Below are positions 1 to 12,489 of a stretch of DNA of 43,585 bases, one piece after another. Every line of letters begins with the position of its first letter. Positions within the stretch are counted from its first letter, which is position 1. The position numbers and the translations under genes are program-made. This DNA is from Chiloscyllium plagiosum. Lineage: Eukaryota. The notes under the pieces are model-generated. The model searched no databases and was not told the origin of the DNA. It was given only the letters and a program-made list of their open reading frames with translations. The stretch is from positions 30,220,045-30,263,629 of the forward strand of contig NC_057746.1 of assembly GCF_004010195.1 (NCBI RefSeq), written 5' to 3'.

Positions 1-90
1 TGAAAGTTCTCTAAGTGACTACTGATTTTTCCCTGATTGTTTCCTCTTGAACCGTACCCACCAGTGACATTAAACTAACTGGCCTGTAGT

Positions 91-3000
91 TACACAGAAC
101 ATAGAATATTACAGTACAGTACAGCCCATTCAGCCCTCGATGTTGCGCCGAATTGTGGAACCAATCTGAAGCCTATCTAATCTACACTATTCCATTTTCA
201 TCCACATGTTTATCCAGTGACCATTTCACTGCCCTTAAAGTTGACAGGTCTACAACTGTTGCAGGCAGTGCGTTCCACGCTCCGAGTAGTCTCTGAGTAA
301 AGAAACTACATCTGACATCTGTCCGATATCTATCAGCCCTCAATTTAAAGCTATGTCCCCTCGTGCCAGCCATCTCTATCCAAGGAAAAAGGCTCTCACT
401 GTCCACCCTACCTAACCCTCTGATTATCTTATACAGCGGCACGGTGGCTCAGTGGTTAGCGCTGCTGCCTCACAGCACCAGGGTCCCAGGTTCAATTCCA
501 GCCACGGGGGACCGTCTGTGTGGAGTTTGCATGTTCTCCCTGTGTCTGCCTCGGTTTCCTCCGGGTGTTCCGGTTTCCTCCCACGGTCTAAAGATGTGCG
601 GGCCAGGTGAATTGGCCATGGTAAATTTCCCATAGTGTTAACACACTAACCTAGTGTTAGGTGCATTAGTTGGAGGGAAAATGGGTTACTCTTCAGAGGA
701 TTGGTGTGGACCGGTTGGGCCGAAGGGCCTGTTTTCACACTGTAGAGAATCTAATCTAATCTCAATAAAGTCACCTCTCAACCTTCTTTATAACAAAAAC
801 AGTCTCAAGTCCCTCAGACTTCCCTCCATACCAAACAACATCCTAGTAAATCGCCTCTGAACACTTTCCAAAGCTTTCACATCCTTCCTATAATGCGAAA
901 ACCAGAATTGTATGCAAAACTCCAAGAGCGGCCGCACCAGACTCATATACAATCCAAAATTCAGTTCCTATCCTGATAAAAGCTAACACACTGTATGCCT
1001 TCTTAACAACCTGTCAACCTGGGTGGCAACTTTCAGGCATCTTTGCACATAAACACAGATTTCTCTGCTCATCTACACAACCAAGAGTCTTACCATGATT
1101 CTAGTACTCTTTATTCCTGTTGCTCCTTCCAAAGTGAATCACCTCACACTTTTCTGCATTAAACTCCATTTGCCACCTCTCAGCCCAGCTCTGCAGCTTA
1201 TCTACATCCCTTTGTAACCTGCAACATCCTTCAGCATTATCCACAATTCCAATGACCTGCGTGTCATCCGCAAATTTACTACCCATTCATCTACACCCTC
1301 ATCTAGGCCATTTATAAAAATGACAAACAGCAGTGGATCCAAAACAGTACACCACTAGTTAATGAATTCCAGGATGAACATTTCACATCAACTACCACCC
1401 TTTGTCTTCTTTCAGCTAGCCTGCTTCTGATCCAAGCTGCTAAATCATCCTCAATCCCATGGCTCCGTATTTTGTGCAATAGCCTACCATGGGGAACCTT
1501 ATCAAATGCCTTACTGAAGTCCATATACACCACTTCAACTGCTTTACCCTCATCCACCTGTTTGGTCACCATCTCAAAGAACTCAGTAAGTTTTGTGAGG
1601 CATGACCTACCCATGTTAACTATCCCTAATCAACTTATTCCTCTCTAAATGATTATAAGTCTTAAATCTTATAACCTTTTCAAACACTTTACTCACAACT
1701 GAAGTAAGGCTCACTGGTCTATAATCACCAGGGTTGTCTCTACTCCCCTTCTTGAACAAGGGACATTTGCTAACTCCAGTCTTCTGGCACAATTCCTGTA
1801 GACAAATGACGATATAAAGATCAAAGCCAAAGGCTCTGCAATCTCCTCCCTGGCTTCCTAGAGAATCCTAAAATAAATCCCATCTGTCCCAGGGGATTTA
1901 TCTATTTTCACACTTTCTAGAATTGCTAACACCTCGTCCTTGTGAACCTCAATCCCGTCTCGTCTAGTAGCCTGTATCTCAGTATTCTCCTCGACAACAT
2001 TGTCTTTTTCCAGTGTGAATACTGACAAAAAATATTCATTCAGCGCTTCCCCATTTCCTCAGACTCCAGGCCACAATTTCCCACTACTATCCTTGTTTGG
2101 CCCTAATCTTTCTCTAGTCATTCTTTTATTCCTGATATATCCTGATCCTATCTGCCAAAGACTTCTCATGTCCCCTCCTGGCTCTTCTTAGCTCTCTCTT
2201 TAGGTCTTTCCTGGCTAACCTGTAACTCTCAAGCGCCCTAACTGAGCCTTCACATCTCATCCTAACATAAGCTTTCTTCTTTCTCTTGACAAGAGATTCA
2301 AATTCTTTCATAAACCATGATTCCCTCGCTCGGCCACACAGTAGCTATTCCTTGAATAAACTCCACATTTTAATTATGCCCATCTCCTGCAGTTTCCTTC
2401 CCCATCCTGTGCATCCTAACTCTTGTCTAATCACATCTTAATTGCCTTTCCCCCAACAATAGCTCTTGCCCTCTGGTACATACCTATTCCTTTCCATCGC
2501 AAAAGTAAACATAACCAAATTGTGATCACTATCACCAAAGTGCTCACCGACCTCCAAATCTAACACCTGGCCAGGTTCATTACCCAGTACCAAATCCAAT
2601 GTGGCCTCGCTCCTTGTTGGCCTGTCTACATACTGTGTCAGGAAACCATCCTGCACACATTGGACAAAAACTGACCCATCTAAAGTACTCGAACTATAGT
2701 ACTTCCAGTCAATACTTGGAAAGCTAACGTCATCCCATAACAACTACCCTGTCATTTTCGCTCCTATCCAGAATTATCTTTGCTATCCTATCCACCACAT
2801 CTCTGGAACTATTCGGAGGCCTATGGAAAACCTCGCCTTTCCTGTTTCTAATCTCAGCCCATACTACCTCAGCAGACGAGTCCTCAAACGTCCTTTTTGC
2901 CACCGCAGCACTGTCCTTGACTAACAAGGCCACAGCTATCCCTCTTTTACCATCTTCTCTGTTCTTACTGAAACATCTAAATCCCAGAACCTGCAATAAC

Positions 3001-3925
3001 CATTCCTGTCCCTGCTCTACCCATGTCTCCGAAACGGCCACAACATCGAAGTCTCAGGTACCAACCCATGCTGCAAGTTCACCACCTTATTCTGGATGCT
3101 CCTGGCCTTTAAGTAGACACAGTTCAGACCACCTTCTTGCTTGCCGGTGAACTCTTGCAACCCTCATTTCTGACCTCACTACTCTCAACCTCCTGGACAC
3201 TGCAGCTACTATTTAGGTTCCCATCCCCCTGCTGAATTAGTTTAAAGCCTCCCAAAGAGCATTAGCACATTTCCCCTCCCCTGGGATATTGGTACTCCTC
3301 TGGTACAGGTGTAGACCATCCTGTTTGTAGAACCCAGAATGAGCCCAAATTATTCAGGTATACAAAACTCTCCCTCCTGCACCATCCCAGTAGTCTCATG
3401 TTCAACTCCTCTCTCTCTATATATTCTTTGCCTCGCTAGTACGTGGCACGGGCAACAAACCAGAGATAACAACTCTGTTTGTTCTAGCACTAAGCTTCCA
3501 CCCTAGCTCCCTGAATTTCTGCCTTAAATCCCCATCTCTTTTCCAACCTATGTCGTTAGTACCTATGCGGACCCCAACTTGGGGTTGCTCCCCATCCCTT
3601 CAACGACCCGAAAACATGATCCGAGACATCATGGAGCCTGGCACCTGGCAGGCAACATACCAACCGTGAGTCTCTCTCGTTCCCACAGAACCTCCTATAT
3701 GTCCCCCTAACTATGGAGTCCCCAGTGACTAGTTCTCTGCTCACCTTACTCCTTCCCTTCCAAGCAATAGGGACAGGCTCTGTGCCAGAGACCTGTACCC
3801 CATGGCTTACCCATGGTAAGTCGCCCCCCACCCCCACCTCAACATTATCCAAAACGGTTTACTTGTTATTGAGAGCAACGGCTAGACGGGTTCCTGGCAC
3901 CAGTTCCCTTCCGTCTCCTGACTGT
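91..3925 (-). mobile_element. Near full-length decayed CR1-type LINE (esterase-like ORF1, endonuclease, RT, 3' tail) with a nested HE1 SINE
   Basis: ORF fragments: GDSIVRG..LVCCLPGA (3556-3852, CR1 ORF1 esterase), AVSETW and LDLVLGNEPG..GDSDH (2438-3041, APE endonuclease), YMDFSKAFDKVPH and KFADD..WQMEFNAEKC (1101-1614, RT), TRGHSFKL..FFTQR (182-442). Broken by stops and frameshifts. Confidence 0.93.
436..762 (+). mobile_element. HE1-type tRNA-derived shark SINE
   Basis: Head GGCACGGTGGCTCAGTGGTTAGC (A box), GGTTCAATTCC (B box), TGTGGAGTTTGCA core, CR1-like tail ending in (AATCT)n. Confidence 0.9.
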
Positions 3926-4354
3926 CCTCTCACCATTTCTTGAATAAGCATTTCCCATTGTCATTATCCAATTCTCTAGCACCTATTCTTGAACTTGGGA
4001 GATTAGATATTTTGACCAGCTCTCTTCTATCACCATTCAGAAGATGGAAGTGCAGTGCTGATGTCACTGGACTAGTGTTCCTCAGCTTGGGGAGTTTGGA
4101 TGAAGAGGAGATGAAGGGAGGATAAGATGGCATTGAACTCAAATTCTGGCAAAAACCAAATTGGTTCATAACGTCCTTTAGGGAAGGAAATCTGCTGTCC
4201 TCACCCAGACCTGCCAACATGTGACTCCAGACTCATAACAATGTGGATGACTCTACACTGCTGTCTGAAATAGGCTAACATGTCACTCAGTTCAAGGACA
4301 ATTAGGGATGAGTAATAACACTGACTTTGCCCATAACTCCTACATCTCAATGGA

Positions 4355-4685
4355 AGAATTCCTCCAGTGTGGAACCAGGCCAATCGGCTCAACAAGTCCA
4401 CACCAACTCTCCGAACAGCATTCCATCCAGACTCACCCCTCTACTTTGTCACTGTAACCATGCATTTCCATGGCTAATCACCTAACCTGCACATCCCTGG
4501 ACACTACAGGCAATTGAGCATGGCCAATCCATCTGGCCTGCACATCTTTGGACGGTGGGAGGAAACCAGAACACCTGGAGGAAACCCATGCAGCGTTTGC
4601 AAACTCCAATCACCCGAGGCTGGAATTGAACCCAGGTCCCTGGCGCTGTGAGGTAGCAGTGCTGACCGCTGAGCCACCATGTCGC
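4355..4685 (-). mobile_element. HE1-type SINE
   Basis: Reverse complement of the same head and core (GGAATTGAACC...CTGAGCCACCAT). Confidence 0.85.
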
Positions 4686-4932
4686 ATTTCATTCAAGAAT
4701 AAAAGTGAACAACTTCACTTGCTTTAGCAACCTGCTATTTCAATTGGATTTAACTCTTTAGAAAAAAATAATTCCCATAAAAATAATGAAGTGCGCACTT
4801 TCAGCCAAGTTTGAAAATGCTCCATCACATAACGTCATGGAGAATATTCCTGACTTGTCCCTATTCATGTCGCTTAGAAAGTGTGCCTTTTTCTAATTAT
4901 TCTCAATTAAGCCATGAAGACTGAAAACTTAC

Positions 4933-5060
4933 TTTTGGCTTCAGAAAGTCAGACGATTCCTCATTGAGATATTTTTCACAAACACTGCAGAGGAGCTCGG
5001 ATCAGGAAGTCCATCCAGGAACGTTATAGTGAGCGGTGAAACCATCATTATCATGTTAAA
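4933..5060 (-). other. Candidate 128-nt exon, probably non-coding or a remnant
   Basis: Minus-strand polypyrimidine tract ctctcttcctgcag at 5061 and donor GTAAGT at 4932-4927. Stops occur in all three frames across the full exon. Confidence 0.35.
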
Positions 5061-5398
5061 CTGCAGGAAGAGAGTCTGGGAGAGAGAGACTGAGGAGATT
5101 GGATGAAGAGGAGATTGAGGGAGGATCAGATGGAAGTGAGCTCAGAGGAGAGAGAACATGATGAATAAGTAAATATGTTGCACACTTTTTAAAAACTATT
5201 TATGAGATGAAGGCATTGCAAGTTAGGCCAGTATTTATTGCCCGTCCCTAACTGCCTGAGGGGCAGTTAAGAGTCAACCATATTGCTGTGGGTCTGGAGT
5301 TACAGGTAAGCCAGACCATGTAAGGATGGCAGTTTGGGGATGATGCTGCTCATTTAACACGACTATGTTGTCGTTGGGTTTTTTTCAGAGAGTGCGTT

Positions 5399-5615
5399 AA
5401 AAGATTAGAGTGGTGCTGGAAAAGCACAGCAGTTCAGGCAGCATCCGAGGAGCAGGAAAATCAACGTTTCGGGTATTCAGAATATTCCTGATAAAGGGCT
5501 TTTGCCTGAAACATCGATTTTCCTGCTCCTCGGATGCTGCCTGACCTGCTGTGCTTTTCCAGCACCACTCTAATCTAGAATCTGGTTTCCAGCATCTGCA
5601 GTCATTGTTTTTACC
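5399..5615. mobile_element. Penelope-derived short repeat in inverted (hairpin) configuration
   Basis: AGATTAGAGTGGTGCTGGAAAAGCACAGCAG..GGAAAAT arm and its reverse complement flank a degenerate CTGATAAAGGGCTTTTGCCTGAAAC motif. Confidence 0.75.
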
Positions 5616-5969
5616 TAGTGTGTTAAAAGACACAGGTTCTGACAAATCTGGGTTTCGAAGTGTTTGAGGGCCAATTTAATTATAACTAACAGATACTGCC
5701 TCAGGAAAATGGCTTTTAAGTTTAAAAAAAAATACTTGTACAATGAAAGTGGAGAAGCCAATTCTCCCAGCTCAGCTTTTCTCTGGTTTGGTTTGGTCTG
5801 TCTATTCACTGAAAGCAGTCAGAGGTTGTGAAGCTGCTAGACCCAAGAGACGCAGGTCCATGCTGACCCTCCCTCTCTCTCTGACTTCTCTCCTGGAAGA
5901 CCCTGCGTTTGATTTTACCTTTTGTGCCAAGGGGTGTTTATGGGGATTGTTGCAAGTATTTGGAACAGC

Positions 5970-6075
5970 CTGATGAAGGGCTTATGCTCGAACCGTCAGA
6001 TACCTGACCTGCTGTGCTTTGCCAGTGCCACACTCTTGACTCTGATCTCCAGCATCTGCAGTCCTCACTTTCTCC
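5970..6075 (+). mobile_element. Penelope-derived short repeat fragment
   Basis: CTGATGAAGGGCTTATGCTCGAAC...CCTGACCTGCTGTGCTT...CCAGCATCTGCAGTCC. Confidence 0.7.
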
Positions 6076-6076
6076 T

Positions 6077-6650
6077 ATGGATATCACTGGCAAGTGATTA
6101 AATGTCAGCCTGACTTGTCTCTTTCTTGAAATGCTGGTGAAGGTTTGACAGAACTGAGCGGCTGGTTAGATAAGCTGTTCTCAAACTTTTGAGGGTGAAA
6201 GCCCTGTTTTCAAATGAAACTACCACATTCCCCCTCCCCCAAATTAGACTTGTCATCACATGGAAGTACTGCTTATAAAGAATATTTTACTAATGATTTT
6301 AACAAAACCAATATTTGCATTTCCTTACAGAGATCACTCTAGTGTTTGTCCCTTAGGAAGAGCACGGAGAAAGTTAGATTAGTGAGAGGTCCACGGGGTA
6401 AGAGACCACTGACTGCACTCAGTAAAAGATTTTGTTGCGTCGTCAGACAGAAACAGAAAAGTGAGTGTTTTTAACTGAATACATTTTGCACTAAGTAGAA
6501 AAATTACACATTTCAATTTGGTAACAAACTGCAAGTGAAGTAACAAGCAATTTAAACATTTGATTTTTCTGGGATAGTAATTAAAAAGTAGGTGGGAAGT
6601 TTTGGTAATATGAGGGTTATGTATAAACTACTTTATATTACTAAAGCCTC
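6077..6650 (+). repeat. Diverged local duplicate of ~11900-12980
   Basis: Shared ATGGATATCACTGGCAAGTGAT..TGTCAGCCTGACTTG..TTTGACAGAAC and later ATTTCAATTTG..TAACAAG blocks in the same order. Confidence 0.75.
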
Positions 6651-6699
6651 TTGTTGAGTAATTCTTCTAAATGTGAAACCTAATTGTCATAGAGTCATA

Positions 6700-7870
6700 C
6701 AGTGCCCATTGTTCATTGAGTCAGCACTGACCTATTGGCATGAATCCCATTATCCATTGGCCCATAAGTTTGAACAGTATGACATTGCAAACACACATCT
6801 GCATACATTTAAAGATTGTGTGGTATTCTCTCCCCAGACCCTCCCAGACTCCAGACTCTCACCATCCGCTGAGTAATTTTTTTTCTCAAATCTCCTTCAA
6901 GCCTCCTGTCCTTACCCTTAATATTGTGTCCCCTTGTTCTTGACCCTTCAACAAGGAGACCAGCTGCTTCCCACCCACCCTGTCTATGCCCACATTAGGT
7001 CCTCAATCAGGTCCACCTTCAGCTTTCTCTGCTCGAAAAACACAACCCCAGCTTAATCAGCACACCCCAAAGGTAAAATGCTTCCAATGAGACAACATCC
7101 TGGTGAATCCCCTCTGTACCTGCCTCCAGTGAAATCACCTCCTGTAGTGAGGTGAACAAAACTCCACATAGTACTCCAACTGTGGCCTGACCAAAGGTTT
7201 TACGGCTCCAATATAACACCCCTGACCTTAACTGATAAAGGCAATGGCCCATATGCCTTCTAACCACCCTGTTAACTTGTCCTGCCACCTTTAAGGATCT
7301 GTGGGATAAGCATCCCAAGATCCCTCTGTTCTTCTGAGCTTCCTAGTCTCCTGTCATTCATTGAGAAATGCCTTATCCTGTTACTTTTTCTAGCGCACCA
7401 CCTCCCATTTGATCTGCCATTCTGACCAACCCACCTTTATCTTCCTCAAAACTCAAACCTTCTTCCTCACTATTCACCACCCAGCAAATCCCTGTGCCAT
7501 ATACAAACTTGCTGATCACAAACCCCTCCCCCACCACATTCTCTTCCAAAACTGATGGATGACAGGAGTCTTGTTCACAAGCAATCTCTGACATCCTGGG
7601 TGAGAAAATAGGCAGACAAGTGACAGACTGAGTTGAAGCAGAGGATTATGAGGTGATGTGTCTTAACAGAAGGAGGAAAGAGGTACAATGTTGGCTTAAT
7701 GTTATAATTCTATCGACAGGAACAGAGGGGTCTGGTGGGAGGGTCATGTGGATGAATCTTTGATGGTGACAGGTCATATTGAGAGAACAGTCAGCAAAGC
7801 ACAGCGGCTCTTGGGCTTCAGAAAGGGAGACATTGAGAGTGAAAGCAGGGAATAGAATGTAAACCATTTT
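6700..7870. mobile_element. Old degraded CR1 fragments (minus ~6700-7480, plus ~7600-7870)
   Basis: Remnants such as SLKVAGQVNRVVR and ISKFV..; typical CR1 3' wording. Confidence 0.65.
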
Positions 7871-8100
7871 AGTAAAAACTCCGATAAAGTGATGGTTTTT
7901 CAGAACTCCCTGAAAGGAGCAGAGACCATTGGAAGGATTGAGACAGTGAGATTCCGAGTTTAGGACCCAGGCACCTGGAGTCACTGCTGTCGATGGTGGG
8001 GACAGAAAACCGGAAAGGGGTAAGAATGGAATCGAAGAATGGACTCAGCACAAGAGAAACTCTTCAATTAAAGTTTATTTCAGGAAAGGGGAATGAAGCA

Positions 8101-8678
8101 ACTATCTCCAGGATTGAATTATTTCTCACTAAATAAAAACCCCAGTGGGTCATGTTCTGTCTCCTGACCCTCACTATGTTCCTCCTTTTTACTTCCGTCT
8201 CCCTTTCCAGTCTCTGTGTCTGACTCTGAGACTTTAATGTTGCAGATTGCCTCTCCCTCCTGTTCCCTTATACTGACAGGAGCCAGCTCCAGGCTCTGTT
8301 CAGCTGATCAGAGACATTGGAGAAAGTTCTCACCTTTTCCCTGGACAGTCCCCAGCGGCTCCCCGTTCAACTCCTTGGATTTGATTGGGATCTTTCACGG
8401 GAATAATATCCACCCGATCCCACTGGGAATGACCCCTTCCTGAAATTAAAGAGGATTTGGGACTCACCTCTTACTTTCCCACAATCTGACCGAACATTTT
8501 CCGCCTTTTCCCGACAGATGTGTCAAAAGTAAAGACGTTCACAACAGCAGCCCCTCCCTGAAAAACATTACTTTCGTTTTTGACTGAATTCACTCTTTGG
8601 GTTTTGCTCCGTCCTTCGGCCAAATGTGTAACTGCAGGGAAATTGCTCCTTAAACGGTAATCCACAGAAAATTAATAA
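8101..8678 (-). promoter_or_regulatory. Promoter/non-coding exon-1 module, copy A
   Basis: About 11 differences by eye from copy B over ~575 bp. Donor GAG|GTGAGT at 8468, ISRE-like 8570-8580, kB-like 8637-8646. Confidence 0.65.
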
Positions 8679-8799
8679 AGTTAATAAAATTAATGATCGC
8701 CTCAAGCAATGCCATTCACTGATGAAGAGAAATCTGTGTGAATATATTTCATGGTGGGATCAGGAATATTTTCCAGGTTACACTTTGAATTCTGTTAGA

Positions 8800-9043
8800 G
8801 ACAAAAAAAACTGCAGATGCTGGAATCCAAACTCGAGAGGCAGGAGGCTGGAAGAACACAGCAAGCCAGGCAGCATCAGGAGGTGGAGAAGTCAACGTTT
8901 CAGGTATAACCCTTCACCCACCCCCAGTCCTGAAGAAGGGGTAGGTGGCTAGAATAACTCAGCAAGTCTGGCAGTATCTCTCATCTGTGGGCAGAAAGCA
9001 GGGATGCTGTCAGACCTGCTGAGTTATTCCAGCCTTTTCTGTT
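8800..9043. mobile_element. Penelope-derived short repeat with internal inverted arms
   Basis: ACTGCAGATGCTGGAATC..GGCAGCATC..ACGTTTCAGG; flanked by TTAGA at 8795-8799 and 9044-9048. Confidence 0.65.
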
Positions 9044-9499
9044 TTAGATTCCGTTGGGTGGAATGTCCAAATAAGTCACTGGACACCTGGGAGTTCACTT
9101 CCAGCATCAAAGAGTTTATTGGAATTACACGGGTGGGAAGAGACCCTCTGAGAATCCAGAGAGCTCTCCAGCCAACAGAGGAAATTTTATTTAAATCCCA
9201 TTTTCATACTTACAGTCCAATCAGTTCATTATTAATTACATCTACATCCAGTCAATAATTCACGTGACTGCGTGATCTATGATGAGTAACCCTGGGGACA
9301 ACTTCAAAATTTCTCATGCTCTCACGGTGTTTATGAGACACCCCATCTTTAACCTTGGGTTTCTTACAATGTGTTCAATCAACCCACATTCCAGTGCCTG
9401 CTAGTTTTTACATCTGTGATTCAATTCTTCATAATGAGGATATGGAGACTGCTCTTCACTGTCTAAGATTGACTTTCTCACCTCATTATTGTCATCAAG

Positions 9500-10805
9500 T
9501 CATAGAATCATAGAGATGTACAGCACGGAAACAGACCCTTTGGTCTAACTCGTCCATGGCTGACCAGGTATCACAAATGAATCTAGCCCCTTTTGCCAGT
9601 AATTGGTCCATATCCCTCTAAATCTTTCCTATTCACATATCCATCTGATTAGATTAGATTACTTACAGCATGGAAACAGGTCCTTCGGCCCAACAAGTCC
9701 ACACCAACCCTCCGAAGAGCAACCTACCCAGACCCATTCACCTAACACAACGGGCAATTTAGCATGGCCAATCCACCCTAACCTGCACATGTTTGGATTG
9801 TGGGAGGAAACCGACGCAGACACGGGGAGAATGTGCAAACTCCACACAGACAGTTGCCTGAGGTGGGAATTGAACCCGGGTCTCTGGCGCTGGGAGGCAG
9901 CAGTGCTAACCACTGTGCCACCGTGCCATCCACTGATGCCTTTTAAATGTTGCAATTGTACCAGCCTCCACAACTTCCTCTGGCAGCTCATTCCATACAC
10001 ATACTACACTCTCATGCAAAAGCTGCCCCTTAGGCCCCTTTTATATCTTTCCCCCTCACCTTAAACCTATGTCCTCTAGTTTTGGACTCCCCTATCCCAG
10101 GAAAAAGACCTTGTCTAATTACCCTATCCATGACCCTCATAGTTTTATAATCCTCTATTAGGTCCCCCCTCAGCCTCTGATGCTCCAGGGAAAATAACCC
10201 CAGCCTGTTCAGCCTCTCCCTATAGCTCAAACTCTCAAACAATGGCAACATCCCTGGAAATCTTTCCTGAATCCTTTCAAGTTTCACAACATTCTTCCGA
10301 CAGCAGGGAGCCCAGGATTAAACATAATATTCCAATTGTAGCTGAACTAATGTCTTGTATAGTTGCAACATGACCTCCTCACTCTGACACTCAATGTACT
10401 GACCAATAAATGATAGCATACTAAATGCTTTCTTCACTATCCTGTCTACCTGTGACTCAACTTTCAAGGAACTATGAACCTGCACTCCAAGGTCTCTTTA
10501 TTCAGCAATCCCCAGGACCCTAACATTAAGTGTATAAGTCCTGTCCTGATGGGCCTTTTCAAAATGCAGCACCTCACATTTATTTAAATTGAACTGCATC
10601 TGCTGCTCCTCGGCCTATTGGCCCATTTGATAATGATTCCATTGTATTGGAGGAAACCTTCTTGGCTGTCCACTACACCTCTAATTTTGATATTATCTGC
10701 AAACTTAGTTCTATATTCACATCCAAATCATTTATGTAAATGACGAAAAGCATTGAACCAAGCACATACCCTTGAGCCACACCACTGGTCAAAGGCCTTC
10801 AGTCT
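9500..10805 (-). mobile_element. CR1 LINE 3' portion
   Basis: KLERIQERF..LGLFSLE..LRGDLIE..TRGHRFKV (10030-10287); CATAGA-type tail at ~9500. Confidence 0.9.
9648..9928 (-). mobile_element. HE1-type SINE nested in CR1
   Basis: (ATTAG)n tail and GCTAACCACTGTGCCACCGTGCC head. Confidence 0.9.
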
Positions 10806-10952
10806 GAAATTCTTCATGAAATCTCTCATGCTTTTAATTTTTTTTGTGCATGTGAATCTACAACAACTTCAGAATTTATACTGATGGTTATTTGAAGAAT
10901 CTAAAATCTACGATTGCAATGGATTGACTAATTGAAAATTCACTTCATAATT

Positions 10953-11262
10953 CATGGTGACTCAGTGGATAGCACTGCTGCCTCACATCACCAGGGTCCC
11001 AGGTTCAATTCCAGCCTTGGGCGACTGTCTGTGTGGAGTTTGCACACTCTCCCTGAGTTTGCGTGGGTTTCCTCTGGGTGCTCTGGTTTTCTCCCACAGT
11101 CACAAAGATGTGCAGGTCAGATGAATTGGCCGTGCTAAATTGCCCATAGTGTTAGGTGCATTAGTCAGAGGGAAATGGGTCTGGATGGGTTACTCTTTGG
11201 AGGGTCGGTGTGGACTTGTTGGGCCGAAGGGCCTATTTCCACACTGTAGGGAATCTAATCTA
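10953..11262 (+). mobile_element. HE1-type SINE
   Basis: Head GGTGACTCAGTGGATAGCACTGCTGCCTCAC, B box GGTTCAATTCC, (AATCT)n tail. Confidence 0.9.
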
Positions 11263-11534
11263 AATGTAGAATTCTTATGTGATGTTCTCATCTAAGTATC
11301 ATGCGTAAGCCTGTTGTACGGTCTCAATCTGTTATTTTGGGAGCTACAGGACTGCTACCGTTGTTCCAACTTATGCTGACTATATTCAGCAAATATTTTC
11401 CCAAAACTTCCAAAGATCACGGTCAGCCATGTTTTTACTGCTTTTGCCAAGGGCAACTGTCGGCCATCTTGTGCTGCTCAGTGATGGACAGCCCTAACAT
11501 TCCTGATTTTCAACACCCATAGTTCTTTGAATTC

Positions 11535-11815
11535 CCGCCTTTGACTGCTCTGAGGGATCGTTCTTGGGGTAGAGTTTGAGAACCACTTGTTATTCCATAA
11601 CATTGAAGTTCAGTCACCAAACCTGGAAGAGAAATCCAAAATCTCAAAACACTCTGAGTGAAAGGGTTTCTCTCACTTGGTTCTAAATCTTTTGTCTTTA
11701 ATCTTACAGCATATGAGTCTTAGGCTATTGGAAACACTTGCTGCCTCTCCATAAACTGCACTGAAAGGTGAGGAACATTAGAAAGTGAGCAAACGGTGCA
11801 AAGACAGAATGGGCT
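11535..11815 (+). repeat. Upstream flank of module A, paralogous to 22622-22875
   Basis: Shared AGAGTTTGAGAACCAC..GGGTTTCTCTCACTTGG..TGCTGCCTCTCCATAAACTGCA; visibly more diverged than the core module. Confidence 0.85.
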
Positions 11816-12149
11816 TGACACTGAGCTACTGCCCATTCTAATCAGGAATGTATCTTTAATTTGCTGTTTCCTGCCCTATCACACACTTTATCCTTGGGCA
11901 TGGATATCACTGGCAAGTGATCTGCTGTCAGCCTGACTTGGCCCTTCTTGAAACATTGGTAAAGTTTTGACAGAACAGAGTGGCTGGTTAGGCAAGTAGT
12001 TCTCGAACTTCTTGGGTTGAAAGCTCTATTTTTAAACCAATCAGTAATCACTGACCACCCGCACTACCCACCACCCAATCCCCCACTGCTCCCCACCCCC
12101 AAACCGCACCGAACTTAGAATTGTCATAAGGTGGAATGTTTCAATCATT

Positions 12150-12390
12150 GGACGATAAGAAATAGGAACATGGGCAGGCCATTCTGCCCCTCAGGCCTGC
12201 TGCACCATTCAACAGGATCATGACTGATCTGACATTCCTAACATCCACTTTACTGAAGGGCTTTTGCCCGAAACGTCGATTTCGAAGCTCCTTGGATGCT
12301 GCCTGAATTGCTGTGCTCTTCCAGCACCACTGATCCAGAATTTTAGCCCTTTCCCCATAGCCTTTCACTCCCCTACTAAATGAGAATCAA
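12150..12390 (-). mobile_element. CR1 3' tail interrupted by a Penelope-derived fragment (~12250-12340)
   Basis: ATAAGAAATAGGAAC..GGCCATTC tail; GAAGGGCTTTTGCCCGAAACGTCG insert. Confidence 0.65.
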
Positions 12391-12489
12391 AATATCTCTT
12401 AGCTATTTTTTAAAAAATCCTATTTCCTTACTCTGAGAGAGTTATTAATGTTTGTCCTGCCCAGTCCACACTCAGAAAATATATTATGA

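Larger units (their letters stand above)
8793..11530 (-). mobile_element. Probable solo LTR with nested Penelope-like, CR1 and HE1 insertions
   Basis: Absent from the paralogous site near 22620. Starts TGTTAGA. Flanked by a direct repeat CTTTGAATTC (8783-8792, 11525-11534). Minus-strand AATAAA at 9115-9120, TATA-like ~9190, CCAAT ~9217. Confidence 0.55.

Noticed and set aside
436-500. tRNA-like A and B boxes
   Set aside because: SINE head, not a tRNA gene
8211-8443. Plus-strand ORF in all three cassettes, preceded by an acceptor-like tttccag (VSVSDSET, faintly like a B30.2 start)
   Set aside because: No PRY/SPRY motifs, a frameshift between copies, and the minus-strand first-exon model fits the adjacent signal exon better
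8505-8525. ACAGATGTGTCA resembling the MHC class II X1/X2 box
   Set aside because: No Y box at the expected spacing, opposite orientation, and altered in copies B and C
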